DNA of 64,000 nt from Brevinematia bacterium (GCA_039630355.1 JBCNVF010000019.1:2142-66141), one strand, 5' to 3'. Shown: positions 39,070-49,736, numbered from the stretch's first letter. A program made the numbers and translations. The notes: generated by a model not told the origin, from the letters alone.

Positions 39070-40320
39070 CTAGCTCTGTACTTGATTATATAGGTTTGCT
39101 AAGATGAATTCAATAGATTCGTTAACTTCTTTTCCTCTTCTTGAAAACATAGTTTTGATCATGCTCATAAGTCTTGGTAGTGGGAATTTTCTGTAAGGTT
39201 CTTTGCCACCCCATGCGAAATTGGGAACATATTTTCTCACTAATTCGCCTTCAAAAAATACATTTGCTCCAACTCCTATGACGGTTCCAGTGTTGATGAG
39301 AACACCTATTCCTATTTTTGAGAAATCTCCTATGAAGCACCCTACTTTAAGAAGTCCAGTGTTGATAACCTCGTTAGGTGACAGGAAAACTTTTACCTCG
39401 TCGTAGGTGTTTTTAAGATCGCTGTTTGTAGCCATTGCGCCAATGTTTACCCATTGCCCAATGTAAGAATGTCCAATAAATCCTTCGTGATTCTTGTTTG
39501 AAAATGAGTCAATTATGCTTTCCTCTATTTCGCCAGATACCTTGCATACATTCCTTATGTTGCTTCCTTCTCTTATTCTAGCTTGACTAACTACAGTCTT
39601 TTTGCCAATATATGCTGGACCTGTTATGACTGTAAGAGGTGATATTCTCGCTTCTGCGTCTATGAAAACAGGACCTTCGGTTACGTCAATAAATACTCCT
39701 TTGGAAATACTTGCTTTTCTGGAAACTATAACAAACTCGCTACTTCCCTCTATTTCCAAATCCTCCAAGTTTTTACTCAGACTAGCATCTAGGGAATGTT
39801 TCAGTATTAGCTCAAAGTCAAGCTTCATTAGGAAGGTATTAAGGTAGACTAAATCCCAAGGATAGAAGACAAAGTTGCTTATCTCCTTAAGATTTACCTC
39901 TTGGATGCTAGTATCAAGTGCATCTTTTACTTTCTGAAGATCGTTTTCGTACAAGCCTTCTAAGAGTAGCTCAGGGGAATTAATTTCTGAAGAATCAATG
40001 TGTAGAAATATCACTCTGCCGTCAAAGGTAGCAACGGTGTTCATGGTATCAACAAAATTCTCTTTTGGACAGAAGTAGGATGAGTTTAGAAATATGATGT
40101 TATTTTTTCTGGTTATGTCCTGAAATGAAAGTATTCTTGTTTCGGGAAAGTGAAACATCATTTCACTTCTTGTAAGTAGCTTAACTTCGGAATTATACAT
40201 AAAGGATATTCTTTCCGATACTGTCAAGAATCCACTTTTGAGATCTTGTATAGGTCTTGTTAGAGAAAAAGGTTTAAGGCAATTTACCGATTTTTTTTCT
40301 TCAAAAAGCACTATCATCAA
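39070..40320 (-). CDS. Putative sugar nucleotidyltransferase-like protein with C-terminal left-handed beta-helix (hexapeptide repeats)
   Basis: C-terminal imperfect hexapeptide repeats (VINTGLLKVGCFIGDFSKIGIGVLINTGTVIGVGANVFFEG) and a conserved YVPNFAWGG tail; N-terminal alpha/beta region. Confidence 0.45.
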   Translation of the reverse strand: MMIVLFEEKKSVNCLKPFSLTRPIQDLKSGFLTVSERISFMYNSEVKLLTRSEMMFHFPETRILSFQDITRKNNIIFLNSSYFCPKENFVDTMNTVATFDGRVIFLHIDSSEINSPELLLEGLYENDLQKVKDALDTSIQEVNLKEISNFVFYPWDLVYLNTFLMKLDFELILKHSLDASLSKNLEDLEIEGSSEFVIVSRKASISKGVFIDVTEGPVFIDAEARISPLTVITGPAYIGKKTVVSQARIREGSNIRNVCKVSGEIEESIIDSFSNKNHEGFIGHSYIGQWVNIGAMATNSDLKNTYDEVKVFLSPNEVINTGLLKVGCFIGDFSKIGIGVLINTGTVIGVGANVFFEGELVRKYVPNFAWGGKEPYRKFPLPRLMSMIKTMFSRRGKEVNESIEFILANLYNQVQS

Positions 40321-40323
40321 CTA

Positions 40324-40722
40324 CTACTCCGTTGACTTAACTTTTGAGTAGATCTTCTTACCTAGAACTACCTGAGGTAAAGTATGGTTATTCCCAACTT
40401 CAGAGAATAGTTTTTCAAGGTATTCTTTAGAAGTTTTGTAAATACCCTTTGTGTAATTGATGAATCCTACCTCGTAAAGAGCCCAGAAGTATGTTCTTTT
40501 TTCTTCTTCACTAGGTGTTTTAAGTTGTGAGTATTTGTTTATTATCTCTTTATATAGGATCTCCGATTCGTCTACAAGTCCTTCAGAGTAATACTTTATC
40601 GCGAGTCTGTATATTGTTGGTATATCCATTTTTTCTATCTCTTCCTTCTTTTCCCTTATTGCAGGCCCGCATCCGCAAAGTGTAAGTATGAATATAAGAA
40701 GAATTGGTAAAAGTTTTTTCAT
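40324..40722 (-). CDS. Small lipoprotein, hypothetical (TPR-like helices)
   Basis: Lipobox ILTLCGCG; 132 aa. Stop is 3 nt from the start of the downstream LbH gene (operon). Confidence 0.5.
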   Translation of the reverse strand: MKKLLPILLIFILTLCGCGPAIREKKEEIEKMDIPTIYRLAIKYYSEGLVDESEILYKEIINKYSQLKTPSEEEKRTYFWALYEVGFINYTKGIYKTSKEYLEKLFSEVGNNHTLPQVVLGKKIYSKVKSTE

Positions 40723-41067
40723 ATTTTTCTATTTTAATCAAAACGTAAGTCTTTTGGCAATTTGGGCTCTAATTGGTGGCAGTAACTTCCAAAATTTGTA
40801 GTTAGAGAATAGTTCTCTTTTCACTACTCTCACAATCTTTATCGGAGCTAGGTAAATACTTTTTCTCAACGAGCATTTGAGACTTGGCATGAAGTAGAGT
40901 TTTGTGACCGACAAACACTATCTAGAAACAAAGAGAGGAGGTAAACAAAAAGTTTAGAATTTTTTCTATCACCTAATGGAAATCGGAATTTGTTGTTGGT
41001 GAGTAGCGGTTAAGTTGAATTTTATGGGGTAGCTTGTCTAAAATTTTTAGGCTTGAAAGAGGAGTTT

Positions 41068-41203
41068 ATGAAGGTGAGGGCTTCGGTTAAACCTATATGT
41101 GAGAAATGCAAAGTAGTGAAGAGGAAGGGGAGAGTTATGGTTATCTGTGAGAATGCTAAGCATAAGCAAAGGCAGAAAGGAGGTAGAGTGTCATGGCACG
41201 TAT
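41068..41203 (+). CDS. rpmJ: 50S ribosomal protein L36 with a short C-terminal extension overlapping the rpsM start
   Basis: [36 protein letters not shown] matches the L36 zinc-ribbon (C-x2-C...C-x4-H) and AAGAGGAG SD. The reading frame continues KGGRVSWHV to TAG inside the rpsM start (ATG 41193). Confidence 0.8.
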
Positions 41204-41564
41204 AGCGGGAGTTGAGCTTCCTAACAAAAGGTTACTTGTTGCCCTTAGGTATATATTTGGAATTGGTAAATCCTTAGCTTACAGTATACCAAAGAAGCTA
41301 GGAATTGACCCAAATAAGAAAGTTTCTGAGCTTACTGAGGAGGAATTCAATAAGCTTAAGAACGAAATAGAGAAAAACTATAAAGTTGAAGGAGATTTGA
41401 GAACGGAGATAAAGATTAATGTAAAGAGGTTGATAGACATCGGTTGCTATAGAGGAATAAGACATAAGAAAGGGTTACCAGTCAGAGGACAGAGGACAAG
41501 AACTAACGCAAGGACTAGAAAAGGTCCAAGGCCTCATAGATTAGGTAAGAAAGAGAAAAAATGA
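41193..41564 (+). CDS. rpsM: 30S ribosomal protein S13
   Basis: [25 protein letters not shown]...[18 protein letters not shown]. Not followed by rpsK, rpsD or rpoA. Confidence 0.95.
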   Translation: MARIAGVELPNKRLLVALRYIFGIGKSLAYSIPKKLGIDPNKKVSELTEEEFNKLKNEIEKNYKVEGDLRTEIKINVKRLIDIGCYRGIRHKKGLPVRGQRTRTNARTRKGPRPHRLGKKEKK

Positions 41565-41574
41565 AGGAAGGTAT

Positions 41575-42552
41575 ATGAGGGGGAAGACATTAACGATACT
41601 TTCCCTCCTTCTTGTTCTTGCTGTTCTTTTGTTAGTCTTTTTCATTTTTGAGAGAGGAGAGGTAAAGGTACTCAAAAAGCAGAAATTTTTAGTCGGGGAA
41701 TTTACCCACCAAGATGTCTCTTTTGTTTCGGTATATTTTAGGGATTATTATGATAGGACCAAGGAGTATAGATATACTCTGTTTAAGTCAAACGACACTT
41801 GGTTTGTTTCACATTCAAATGTTGTTGATAGAGTGGATCCGAAGTTAGGTAATTTCGTGGTCAACATTTTAGGCGATATTGAGAGCTTAGGAACTATATC
41901 CTCAAATGAGGTAGAGGACATTAATGTTGCTTTTGGGTTTAATATTCCTAATGCTGAAATAGAATTTGATGTTAGGGGGAAGACAAATAGGCTTAGAGTG
42001 GGTAATTTAGCTCCTACGAAGGACTATTACTATACCTTGCTTAACGATAACTATGCTACTATTTACCTTGTATATGCATACAAAATAGACAATATTCTCA
42101 AGTATCCTTATGAGATAAGGGATAGGAACATCTTTACTTACCAGTGGACGAATGTTATGGGGTTTGAGTATAAGCCGGTTTCGTCAACAAACGTGTTTGT
42201 TTTTACAAACAGTAATAAAGTTTGGTTCTTGTTACAACCTTTGCACAAAGAAGTAGATTCTGTTTTTGTAGAGACTGAATTTCTCAAAAACTTAAGGAGC
42301 ATTCAAATAGAATACTTTATAGATAGGGATGACAGGAGGTATTCATTATTCATACCAAAAACCAATTCTCCTATTTCTTATATAAGGCTTTACAACGCTG
42401 GGGAACGATTCTTATTGCTTGTGCTTACCAACATTTCAACTAACTTCTACTGTTTTGACCCGCAGAGGAATGTATTGTTTGCAATAGATTACGAGAGCAC
42501 GAAGAGTTTATTTGCGAGTGGTTACGAAAGGTTTGTTAAAATTACTAACTGA
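41575..42552 (+). CDS. Hypothetical membrane-anchored protein (N-terminal TM, beta-rich extracytoplasmic domain; DUF4340-like)
   Basis: TM LTILSLLLVLAVLLLVFFIF, then a 300-aa domain rich in aromatic residues, Asn and Thr. No catalytic motif seen. Confidence 0.45.
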   Translation: MRGKTLTILSLLLVLAVLLLVFFIFERGEVKVLKKQKFLVGEFTHQDVSFVSVYFRDYYDRTKEYRYTLFKSNDTWFVSHSNVVDRVDPKLGNFVVNILGDIESLGTISSNEVEDINVAFGFNIPNAEIEFDVRGKTNRLRVGNLAPTKDYYYTLLNDNYATIYLVYAYKIDNILKYPYEIRDRNIFTYQWTNVMGFEYKPVSSTNVFVFTNSNKVWFLLQPLHKEVDSVFVETEFLKNLRSIQIEYFIDRDDRRYSLFIPKTNSPISYIRLYNAGERFLLLVLTNISTNFYCFDPQRNVLFAIDYESTKSLFASGYERFVKITN

Positions 42553-42567
42553 TGGGAGTGAGCATTT

Positions 42568-43647
42568 ATGCGGTGTGTGGTGATAATGGCTGGTGGGAGA
42601 GGAGAGAGATTCTGGCCCAAAAGTAGAAGTTCTTATCCAAAGCAATTTCTTAATCTTTTTGGCGACAGATCCATGATACAGCACACTTACGCTAGGGTTA
42701 GTGAATTAGTGGATGAGGATAAGATTTTTGTTGTTACCTCTTCTGATCTAGTTGAATTGGTTGAGGAGCAGTTACCCTCGCTTAGGCAAGAGAACATAAT
42801 TGTTGAGCCTTTGCCGAGGAATACCGCTTCTGCTATCGGATTGTCTGCAGTTTATGTAAGGAAGTATCTCGGAGATTGTACCATGTTTGTCACTCCTTCG
42901 GATCACTACATCGGTGGTGTAGATAAGTTTTTGAATACCGTTGACGCAGGGTTCAGTGTTGCAGAGAAGTATCTTTCTTTGGTGACTATAGGTATAAAAC
43001 CTTCAAGACCAGATACAGGGTATGGGTATATAGAAGTTGGAAATGTGATAGATTCTTTTCTTGGGAGAAATGTTTTTGAGGTAAGGAGATTTGTTGAGAA
43101 ACCTTCTTATGATAAGGCGGTTGAATACCTAAGTAGCGGAAAATTTTTCTGGAATAGTGGGATGTTTGTTTGGAAGGTTTCTGTAATACTTGAGGAGATA
43201 TCTAAATGCATGCCTGCTCTTACTGAAGCACTTCTTAACATTGATGAGGCTATAGGAAAGGAATACGAAGGGGAGGTTGTTCTTAGAGAGTTTGAGAAAC
43301 TGGAAAGTATTTCTATTGACTATGGTGTTATGGAGAAGAGTAAGTCGGTTTTGTGTGTAAAAGGAGATTTTGAGTGGGATGATGTTGGTTCTTGGTCAGC
43401 TGTATATAGGTTGAATGAGAGAGATGGAAATGGTAATACTATTGAGGGAAATGTGATAACTTACAATGTTAAGGATTCCTTGATAATTGGCGAAACAACA
43501 GGGGTGATTGCTGTGAGTTGTCTTGAGGATGTTATTGTGGTCAAAGATGGTGATAATGTTTTGATTACAAAAAAGTCTGAGGATCAGTCAATAAGAGAGC
43601 TTGTTAGGCTTATGAAGAGTCAGGATAAATATGCGAAATATTTATGA
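42568..43647 (+). CDS. manC: Mannose-1-phosphate guanylyltransferase (GDP-mannose pyrophosphorylase)
   Basis: MAGGRGERFWPKSRSSYPKQFL nucleotidyltransferase signature; 359 aa. Confidence 0.85.
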   Translation: MRCVVIMAGGRGERFWPKSRSSYPKQFLNLFGDRSMIQHTYARVSELVDEDKIFVVTSSDLVELVEEQLPSLRQENIIVEPLPRNTASAIGLSAVYVRKYLGDCTMFVTPSDHYIGGVDKFLNTVDAGFSVAEKYLSLVTIGIKPSRPDTGYGYIEVGNVIDSFLGRNVFEVRRFVEKPSYDKAVEYLSSGKFFWNSGMFVWKVSVILEEISKCMPALTEALLNIDEAIGKEYEGEVVLREFEKLESISIDYGVMEKSKSVLCVKGDFEWDDVGSWSAVYRLNERDGNGNTIEGNVITYNVKDSLIIGETTGVIAVSCLEDVIVVKDGDNVLITKKSEDQSIRELVRLMKSQDKYAKYL

Positions 43648-44144
43648 GATTTCTTGGAATAGATCCAGGATATTCACTTCTAGGTTTTGGGATAGTTGAT
43701 GAGGAAAGTGAAACATTTAGCCTTGTCAAAGCTGGAGTTATAGATACGAGTTCACAGCAAGATTTCAATCAAAAATTGGTTATTATCTACTCTTCACTAT
43801 CTTCTCTAATTTCGGAGTACAAACCTGACATGGTATGTGTGGAGGAAATTTTCTTTGGCAAAAATGTGAAAACTGGAATGAAGGTTGCCCAGATGGTCGG
43901 AGTAGTCAAGCTTGCAGTTTTGCAAAAAAATATTACACTGGTTGGTATAACTCCTTCAGAAGTTAAAAGGTTGATAGTAGGCTCGAAAGGGAAACACCCT
44001 AAGGTTCAAATTCAAAATCTTGTGAGGATGTTACTGAGACTTAATGAGATACCAAAGCCTGATGATTGTGCAGATGCAATAGCTGTTGCGATTGCTGGCG
44101 CTTCTAAAGCAAGGGTGTGTAGGGTTTTGCCAAAGCAACTCTAG
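43644..44144 (+). CDS. ruvC: Crossover junction endodeoxyribonuclease RuvC
   Basis: MRFLGIDPGYSLLGFGIV with catalytic Asp, and the acidic tetrad context. Overlaps the manC stop by 4 nt. About 22 kb from ruvA. Confidence 0.88.
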   Translation: MRFLGIDPGYSLLGFGIVDEESETFSLVKAGVIDTSSQQDFNQKLVIIYSSLSSLISEYKPDMVCVEEIFFGKNVKTGMKVAQMVGVVKLAVLQKNITLVGITPSEVKRLIVGSKGKHPKVQIQNLVRMLLRLNEIPKPDDCADAIAVAIAGASKARVCRVLPKQL

Positions 44145-44163
44145 AGAAATAATAAAGATATAA

Positions 44164-45021
44164 CTAGACAATTTTCCCCTCTTCTTTACTCTCACCTTCA
44201 ACTATGTTCATTATGAGTTTGCAGTCAATGTAGTGTCCACTTTTCCTTGCTATGAACTCTCCAACTACTCTGGGATTGGTGAGTGCTATTGCTCCCAGTA
44301 GGTCCAGCACCTTATGTCTTACATTCTCGTTATGATACCTATCACCATTGAGAGATTTTCTTTCAGCTCTGCTGTAAACATGGACGTTCTCCATACTTGC
44401 TCCTAAGGCTAGTCCTGCTTTCTTAAGTTTTTCAGCATCCTCAAGAAACCCAAAGGTTCTTGCCCTACTTATCTCTTTCACGTAGTTCTCCTCGTTGATC
44501 TCAATCCTTATGCTTTCTTTACCAATTACCTCAAACTCTACCTCATAGTCTATTACTAACCTATCACTCGGTCTTGCAATGATGTATTGATCTTCGTTTT
44601 TGTAAAACGAGTATTCTTTACCTAAAAACAGGTAGTTCCTCCTAGCACTCTGTTGAACTGTTCCAACCTCTAGAACTTTCTCTACAAAAACTTGTGCACT
44701 TCCTTCAAGAATAGGAATTTCGCTTCCACTCACTACTTTAATAACAACGTTGTCAATTCCTAGTCCAACGAATACTGAGAATAGATGTTCTACTGTCATT
44801 ATTTTGTAACTATTAAAACAGAGTGTTATGTTTTGTAAGGTATCACAAACATTCTTTGGACTTACTGGGAAAACTTTATTATCAAACTCAAACATTATTC
44901 CAGTGTTTTCATCCGATGGTAGAAGATGAATTAGAGAATACTCTCCTTTGTGCAATCCTATTCCTTCAAAGGAGATGGGTTTCTTGAGTGTTTTTTGGAA
45001 GGTTATATTTTCTCTAAACAT
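44164..45021 (-). CDS. lpxC: UDP-3-O-acyl-N-acetylglucosamine deacetylase
   Basis: ISFEGIGLHKGEYSLIHLLP N-terminus, HNENVRHKVLDLLGAIAL region. Implies lipid A biosynthesis and a diderm envelope. Confidence 0.88.
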   Translation of the reverse strand: MFRENITFQKTLKKPISFEGIGLHKGEYSLIHLLPSDENTGIMFEFDNKVFPVSPKNVCDTLQNITLCFNSYKIMTVEHLFSVFVGLGIDNVVIKVVSGSEIPILEGSAQVFVEKVLEVGTVQQSARRNYLFLGKEYSFYKNEDQYIIARPSDRLVIDYEVEFEVIGKESIRIEINEENYVKEISRARTFGFLEDAEKLKKAGLALGASMENVHVYSRAERKSLNGDRYHNENVRHKVLDLLGAIALTNPRVVGEFIARKSGHYIDCKLIMNIVEGESKEEGKIV

Positions 45022-45414
45022 ACTATCACCTCTTTTCCTTAAGTTGTGATGTTTAGGATCAATTCAGATTTCCGATGGTTTGACTACTTTTTGGTTTTTG
45101 CAGTATCTATGGTTTGGTATTATATTCTTAGTTATTCCAAGTCACTTTCAATTTGAAGACTTCTGAGATCAATAGATTCTAACTCTCGTTAGGTAAATAA
45201 GGGGTGTTGTTGGTGTGTTATGGTTATGTTTTCTTATTTAGCTCTGGGAATGCAAAGTGAGGAGAGTTTTAGGAATTTTTCTCAGGAGATGATTTTGATA
45301 GCTTACAAGTATTTAGAAGTAGTGACAGAGGACTTGTGGGGTAGTCAATTAGAGAAATCTGTTTTAGGCTCATTTTCTAGCGACTTGAAATAACTGAGGA
45401 TGTTTGGTTAAAAT

Positions 45415-46581
45415 TTGGGTATGAATTCTCAAAGGGTTTCAAGTTTGATGGATCTGAGGATAGGTATACTTGGTGGTGGACAGCTTGCGAAGATGATGGC
45501 TCAGGAAGCTAGGAAGATGGGACTGGAGGTTGTTGTTCTAGATCCTACTCCCCACTCTCCGGCGTCAATGGTTGCAAATCAGATAGTAGGAGACTTCAGG
45601 AATTCCGAGTATGTGAAAAAGCTAGCAGAAGTATCTGATGTTATTACCTACGATATAGAAAGTGTGGATACTTCTTATCTTCGGGAGATAAAATACAAAG
45701 TTTTTCCTTCTCCTGAAATTTTAGATATTATTCAGGATAAGCTTTTGCAGAAAAGGTTTCTGAAACAGCATGGTATTCCGACACCTGAGTTTAGAGAGAT
45801 AGGTGGGGTTGGTGAGATAGATGTATTTCCGTGTGTTCAGAAGGCAAGGAGAGGGGGTTACGACGGAAGAGGAACTTTTGTTATAAGAAGTAGAGATGAT
45901 TTGGAGAGAGCAATAACATCTCCATCTTATATTGAGGAATTTATTGATATTGCTAAAGAACTTGCTGTGATGGTAGCAAGGAATAGGTATGGAGAGATTG
46001 CGGTTTTCCCAGTTGTTGAGATGGTGTTTGATCCTAGGGGGAATATTCTTGATTTTCTTATTGCTCCTGCGAGGGTGGAAACTAGTGTAGTTGACGAGGT
46101 GAAGAGGCTTGCGGTAAAAACTGTTGAGGCGTTAGGTGGTGTGGGAGTGTTTGGGATAGAATTTTTCCTCTCAAGGGATGATAGGGTTTTAGTAAATGAG
46201 ATAGCTCCGAGGCCACATAACTCAGGTCATTACACAATAGAGGCTTGTGCTACTAGTCAATTTGAACAGCATATCAGAGCAATTTTAGGACTTCCTTTGG
46301 GGGCAACGGATCTTTTGGTTTCAGCTGTTATGGTCAACCTATTGGGTAGTGATGGATACTATGGGAAAGCAGTGTATGAGGGAGTGGAAGAAGTGCTAAG
46401 GATACCCGGTGTTTATTTGCACATCTATGGTAAGAGAGAAACCTTTCCTCGTAGGAAGATGGGGCATGTTACAGTGATTGACAGAGATCTTGAGTTAGCC
46501 TTAGAGAAGGCTAAGCTTGTGAAAGAAAAACTAAAAGTTAAGGGAGAGAGGTATGAAGGTGGGGATAATAATGGGAAGTGA
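45415..46581 (+). CDS. purK: N5-carboxyaminoimidazole ribonucleotide synthase
   Basis: ATP-grasp; [30 protein letters not shown]. Confidence 0.88.
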   Translation: MGMNSQRVSSLMDLRIGILGGGQLAKMMAQEARKMGLEVVVLDPTPHSPASMVANQIVGDFRNSEYVKKLAEVSDVITYDIESVDTSYLREIKYKVFPSPEILDIIQDKLLQKRFLKQHGIPTPEFREIGGVGEIDVFPCVQKARRGGYDGRGTFVIRSRDDLERAITSPSYIEEFIDIAKELAVMVARNRYGEIAVFPVVEMVFDPRGNILDFLIAPARVETSVVDEVKRLAVKTVEALGGVGVFGIEFFLSRDDRVLVNEIAPRPHNSGHYTIEACATSQFEQHIRAILGLPLGATDLLVSAVMVNLLGSDGYYGKAVYEGVEEVLRIPGVYLHIYGKRETFPRRKMGHVTVIDRDLELALEKAKLVKEKLKVKGERYEGGDNNGK

Positions 46582-47065
46582 TTCGGATCTTGAGGTAATG
46601 TCCGAGGCAGCTAAAGTTTTGGAAGAATTTGGGGTTGAATACGAGATAAGAGTTGTTTCTGCTCATAGAACTCCTGAGAAGATGTATGAGTATGCCAAAA
46701 CTGCCGAAGAGAGAGGGATAGACCTGATAATAGCTGGTGCCGGTGGTTCTGCTCATCTTCCTGGTATGACAGCGTCAATGACGACTTTACCAGTAATAGG
46801 TGTGCCAGTAAAGACTACTTCACTAAATGGTCTTGACTCTCTTCTTTCAATAGTTCAAATGCCGGCTGGAGTTCCTGTAGCAACGGTTGCTATAAACAAC
46901 GCAAGGAATGCAGGACTGTTAGCGATCAGGATTCTTTCCATAAAGTATCCAGAGTTGAGACAGAAACTAAAGGAGTTTAGAAAGAAGATGGAAGATGAGG
47001 TTAATACCAAAGACGATAGGCTTCAGGAGGTTGGATATAGGGTATACCTTGAGGAAAGAAAGTGA
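46553..47065 (+). CDS. purE: N5-CAIR mutase
   Basis: [14 protein letters not shown]...[11 protein letters not shown] signature. Confidence 0.92.
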   Translation: MKVGIIMGSDSDLEVMSEAAKVLEEFGVEYEIRVVSAHRTPEKMYEYAKTAEERGIDLIIAGAGGSAHLPGMTASMTTLPVIGVPVKTTSLNGLDSLLSIVQMPAGVPVATVAINNARNAGLLAIRILSIKYPELRQKLKEFRKKMEDEVNTKDDRLQEVGYRVYLEERK

Positions 47066-47068
47066 TAA

Positions 47069-48439
47069 GTGGTAGTCCTTATGCAGAAGCTTAGCGGAAA
47101 GAAAATCTTTATTGAAACACTAGGATGTGCGAAAAACATTGTTGATTCTGAGAAGGTAGCTTTCCTGCTAGTTGAAAACGGAGCTGAGGTAGTTGATGAT
47201 CCTGAGAGCGCCGACATTATACTTGTTAATACTTGTGGTTTCATAGAAAGTGCAAAGCAGGAATCAATAGATTACATTCTAACGTATGCTAAACTGAAGG
47301 AAGAGTTTAAGGGAAGAAGAGAAGGTGGGAAAAAACTAGTAGTTTTCGGGTGCTTAGCGGAGAGATATAGAAAAGAGTTAGTAGAGGAAATTCCAGAGAT
47401 AGATCTGATCTCAGGAGTTAGGGATTATACAGCGTTAGTCAACTTACTAACTGAACCCGGGAACAACAAATTTCTGGATACAGCTTATGAGTATAGAGAT
47501 ATTGTCTTTGCTGAGCAAGAAGTTAGAAGGCTTGTGAACAAAGAGCTTCCTTATGCCTATGTCAAGATTTCGGAAGGGTGTAACCACTCGTGTTCCTTTT
47601 GTGCTATACCCTTAATAAGGGGAAGACAAAGAAGCAGAAGTATAGAGAGTATTGTTGAGGAGGCAAAATTTTTAGCTGACAGTGGCGTAAAAGAGCTGAT
47701 CTTGGTTTCGCAAGATACTACAAGTTATGGGATAGATATTTATGGTAGGCCAAAGTTACCAGAACTACTGTATAGTCTTAGTAAGGTTGAGGGTATTAAT
47801 TGGATAAGGTTACACTATCTCTATCCTACCGAAGTAAGTGACGAAGTAATTTCTGCAATAGTTGAGATAGAGAAGGTCTGTAATTACTTTGATATACCTC
47901 TTCAGCATGTGAGTGATAGAATTCTTAAACTTATGGGGAGAGGAGGATCAAAAAGAAAGTATATTGAGCTTATTGAGAAGATAAGGAGCAAGGCAGAAGA
48001 CTCAGCTATTAGGACTACCTTTATTGTAGGGTTTCCTAGCGAGAGTGCAGAGGAGTTTAGAGAGCTTGAGGAGTTTATAAAGCAAGTTCAGTTTACGTGG
48101 GTTGGGGTTTTTGCATATTCGCATGAGGAGGAGACACAGGCTTTTTCGCTGGTAGATGATGTGTCAAAGGCTGTCAAAATGAGAAGGAGGAATAGGCTTT
48201 TAAGAGTTCAGCAGGAGATAACTCAGAATAGTCTTAAGAAACTTGTTGGTAAAGTTATGAAGCTTATTGTTGATGAAGTTTTGGACGAGAGGAATTACAT
48301 AGCAAGAAGTGAGTATAATTCTCCAGAGGTTGATGGAGCTGTTCATCTAATGTCTGCTAAGGGGTTGAGGAAAGGAGATTTTGTTGAAAGCTTCATAGTG
48401 AAAGTGGTAGGATATGATTTATATGCAAGAGCAATTTAG
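47069..48439 (+). CDS. rimO: Ribosomal protein S12 methylthiotransferase RimO (MiaB-like radical SAM)
   Basis: MTTase N-domain IETLGCAKNIVDSE, radical SAM CNHSCSFC, C-terminal TRAM domain. Confidence 0.8.
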   Translation: MVVLMQKLSGKKIFIETLGCAKNIVDSEKVAFLLVENGAEVVDDPESADIILVNTCGFIESAKQESIDYILTYAKLKEEFKGRREGGKKLVVFGCLAERYRKELVEEIPEIDLISGVRDYTALVNLLTEPGNNKFLDTAYEYRDIVFAEQEVRRLVNKELPYAYVKISEGCNHSCSFCAIPLIRGRQRSRSIESIVEEAKFLADSGVKELILVSQDTTSYGIDIYGRPKLPELLYSLSKVEGINWIRLHYLYPTEVSDEVISAIVEIEKVCNYFDIPLQHVSDRILKLMGRGGSKRKYIELIEKIRSKAEDSAIRTTFIVGFPSESAEEFRELEEFIKQVQFTWVGVFAYSHEEETQAFSLVDDVSKAVKMRRRNRLLRVQQEITQNSLKKLVGKVMKLIVDEVLDERNYIARSEYNSPEVDGAVHLMSAKGLRKGDFVESFIVKVVGYDLYARAI

Positions 48440-49049
48440 GTCAAAGCTTATTCTTGTCAACATATTTACTTTGGCGAGAGTAGCCTTATTCCCGGTGATA
48501 CTTGTTCTTGTTTTAAGTGGTGGGTTGGTGAATATACTGATAGCATTTTTTCTTTTTGTTATAGGGGCTTTGACGGATGCTTTTGATGGGATTCTTGCAA
48601 GGAAATACAATGTTGAGAGCAAATTTGGTTTTATCATTGATCCCATAGCAGATAAGTTTTTGGTGCTGGGGACTCTTCTTGCAATTTCTCTAGTTGATTA
48701 TTTGATGATACCTATCTGGCTTTTCTTTGTCATTCTTTTCAGGGATGTTATTGTTAGTATTCTTAAACCTATTTCCGAGAGGTGGGGGTTTTCCATACCT
48801 ACTACGCTTTTTGCGAAAGTCAAAACGACAGTGCAGTTTGTAGGGATAATTCTTGTGTTTGTCTACCTAATTTTTGTAAATCTTACGGTTTATTCAGTTT
48901 CGGGAAACCAATTGCTTTCGGTTGAGGTATTCTCACTTTTGCCTTACTACATTGTTCTCTTTGTGGCGATGGTGACTATCATTTCGGGTGTTGAGTATTT
49001 AGTGTTGTTTGTGAGGGGAATCAGGGGTGTAAGGAATGGGGGAAGGTGA
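48414..49049 (+). CDS. pgsA: CDP-diacylglycerol--glycerol-3-phosphate 3-phosphatidyltransferase
   Basis: CDP-alcohol phosphatidyltransferase motif DAFDGILARKYNVESKFGFIIDPIADK; multiple TM helices. Confidence 0.82.
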   Translation: MIYMQEQFRSKLILVNIFTLARVALFPVILVLVLSGGLVNILIAFFLFVIGALTDAFDGILARKYNVESKFGFIIDPIADKFLVLGTLLAISLVDYLMIPIWLFFVILFRDVIVSILKPISERWGFSIPTTLFAKVKTTVQFVGIILVFVYLIFVNLTVYSVSGNQLLSVEVFSLLPYYIVLFVAMVTIISGVEYLVLFVRGIRGVRNGGR

Positions 49050-49736
49050 ATCAGTAAATTGAGCTACTATTTTGGGAAGTTCGGAGAGGGAATCTATCAG
49101 AAAGTCTGGAGCGAATTTTTCTAATTCTTCCTTGCTCATTTTGCCTGTGGTAACTATTATTGACCTTATTCCATTTTCCCTTGCGGTTATTGTGTCTCTG
49201 TGAGAGTCTCCAATTATGAAAAATTCGTCAAAACTTGTGTTGTAGTGTTTCATTGATCTTTTTATTGCTATTGGCACTAACTTCGTTCTGCTTTTCTTTT
49301 CATCTCCAAATGCGCCTACTGGGAAGTATTTGTCCATACCGAATGGTGAGAGTTTCATATACGCAATTTTTCTTATGTTTCCAGTGAGTAGGCAGTTGTA
49401 GTAGTTTTTGTATGTCCACTCAGTTGTTTCTTTTGCGTATGGTAGTGCTCTAAGTTTCTCAGGGTTTTTTTCTATCATTTCTCTAAATAGCTCAGAGGCT
49501 TTTTCAAAAACTTCAAACATTTTTGTAACTAACTGTTTTCCTGCAAATCCGTTATCGCAGAGAATTTTGTGAATTACTTCTACATCGGTAGTACCAAGCC
49601 AGTCAATATGCTCTAAGGATATATCCTTGCGAAGGGTTTCTGAGAGAACTTTCTGGTATACCAATCTTCCGCCATCTAGTTTGACTAGGGTTCCATCTAT
49701 ATCGTAAAGAAAAAGTATTCTGTTTCTAAAGGACAT
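48999..49736 (-). CDS. HAD-superfamily hydrolase
   Basis: Motif I LYDIDGTLV, later HAD motifs; convergent 51-nt overlap with the pgsA 3' end. Confidence 0.7.
   Translation of the reverse strand: MSFRNRILFLYDIDGTLVKLDGGRLVYQKVLSETLRKDISLEHIDWLGTTDVEVIHKILCDNGFAGKQLVTKMFEVFEKASELFREMIEKNPEKLRALPYAKETTEWTYKNYYNCLLTGNIRKIAYMKLSPFGMDKYFPVGAFGDEKKSRTKLVPIAIKRSMKHYNTSFDEFFIIGDSHRDTITARENGIRSIIVTTGKMSKEELEKFAPDFLIDSLSELPKIVAQFTDSPSPIPYTPDSPHKQH

Noticed and set aside
45022-45414. 393-bp gap upstream of purK examined for a type-1 copy, small gene or purine riboswitch
   Set aside because: Only weak similarity to the type-1 element (TTCCGATGGTTTGACTACTTTTTGG). No ORF of 60 aa or more and no purine-riboswitch consensus.
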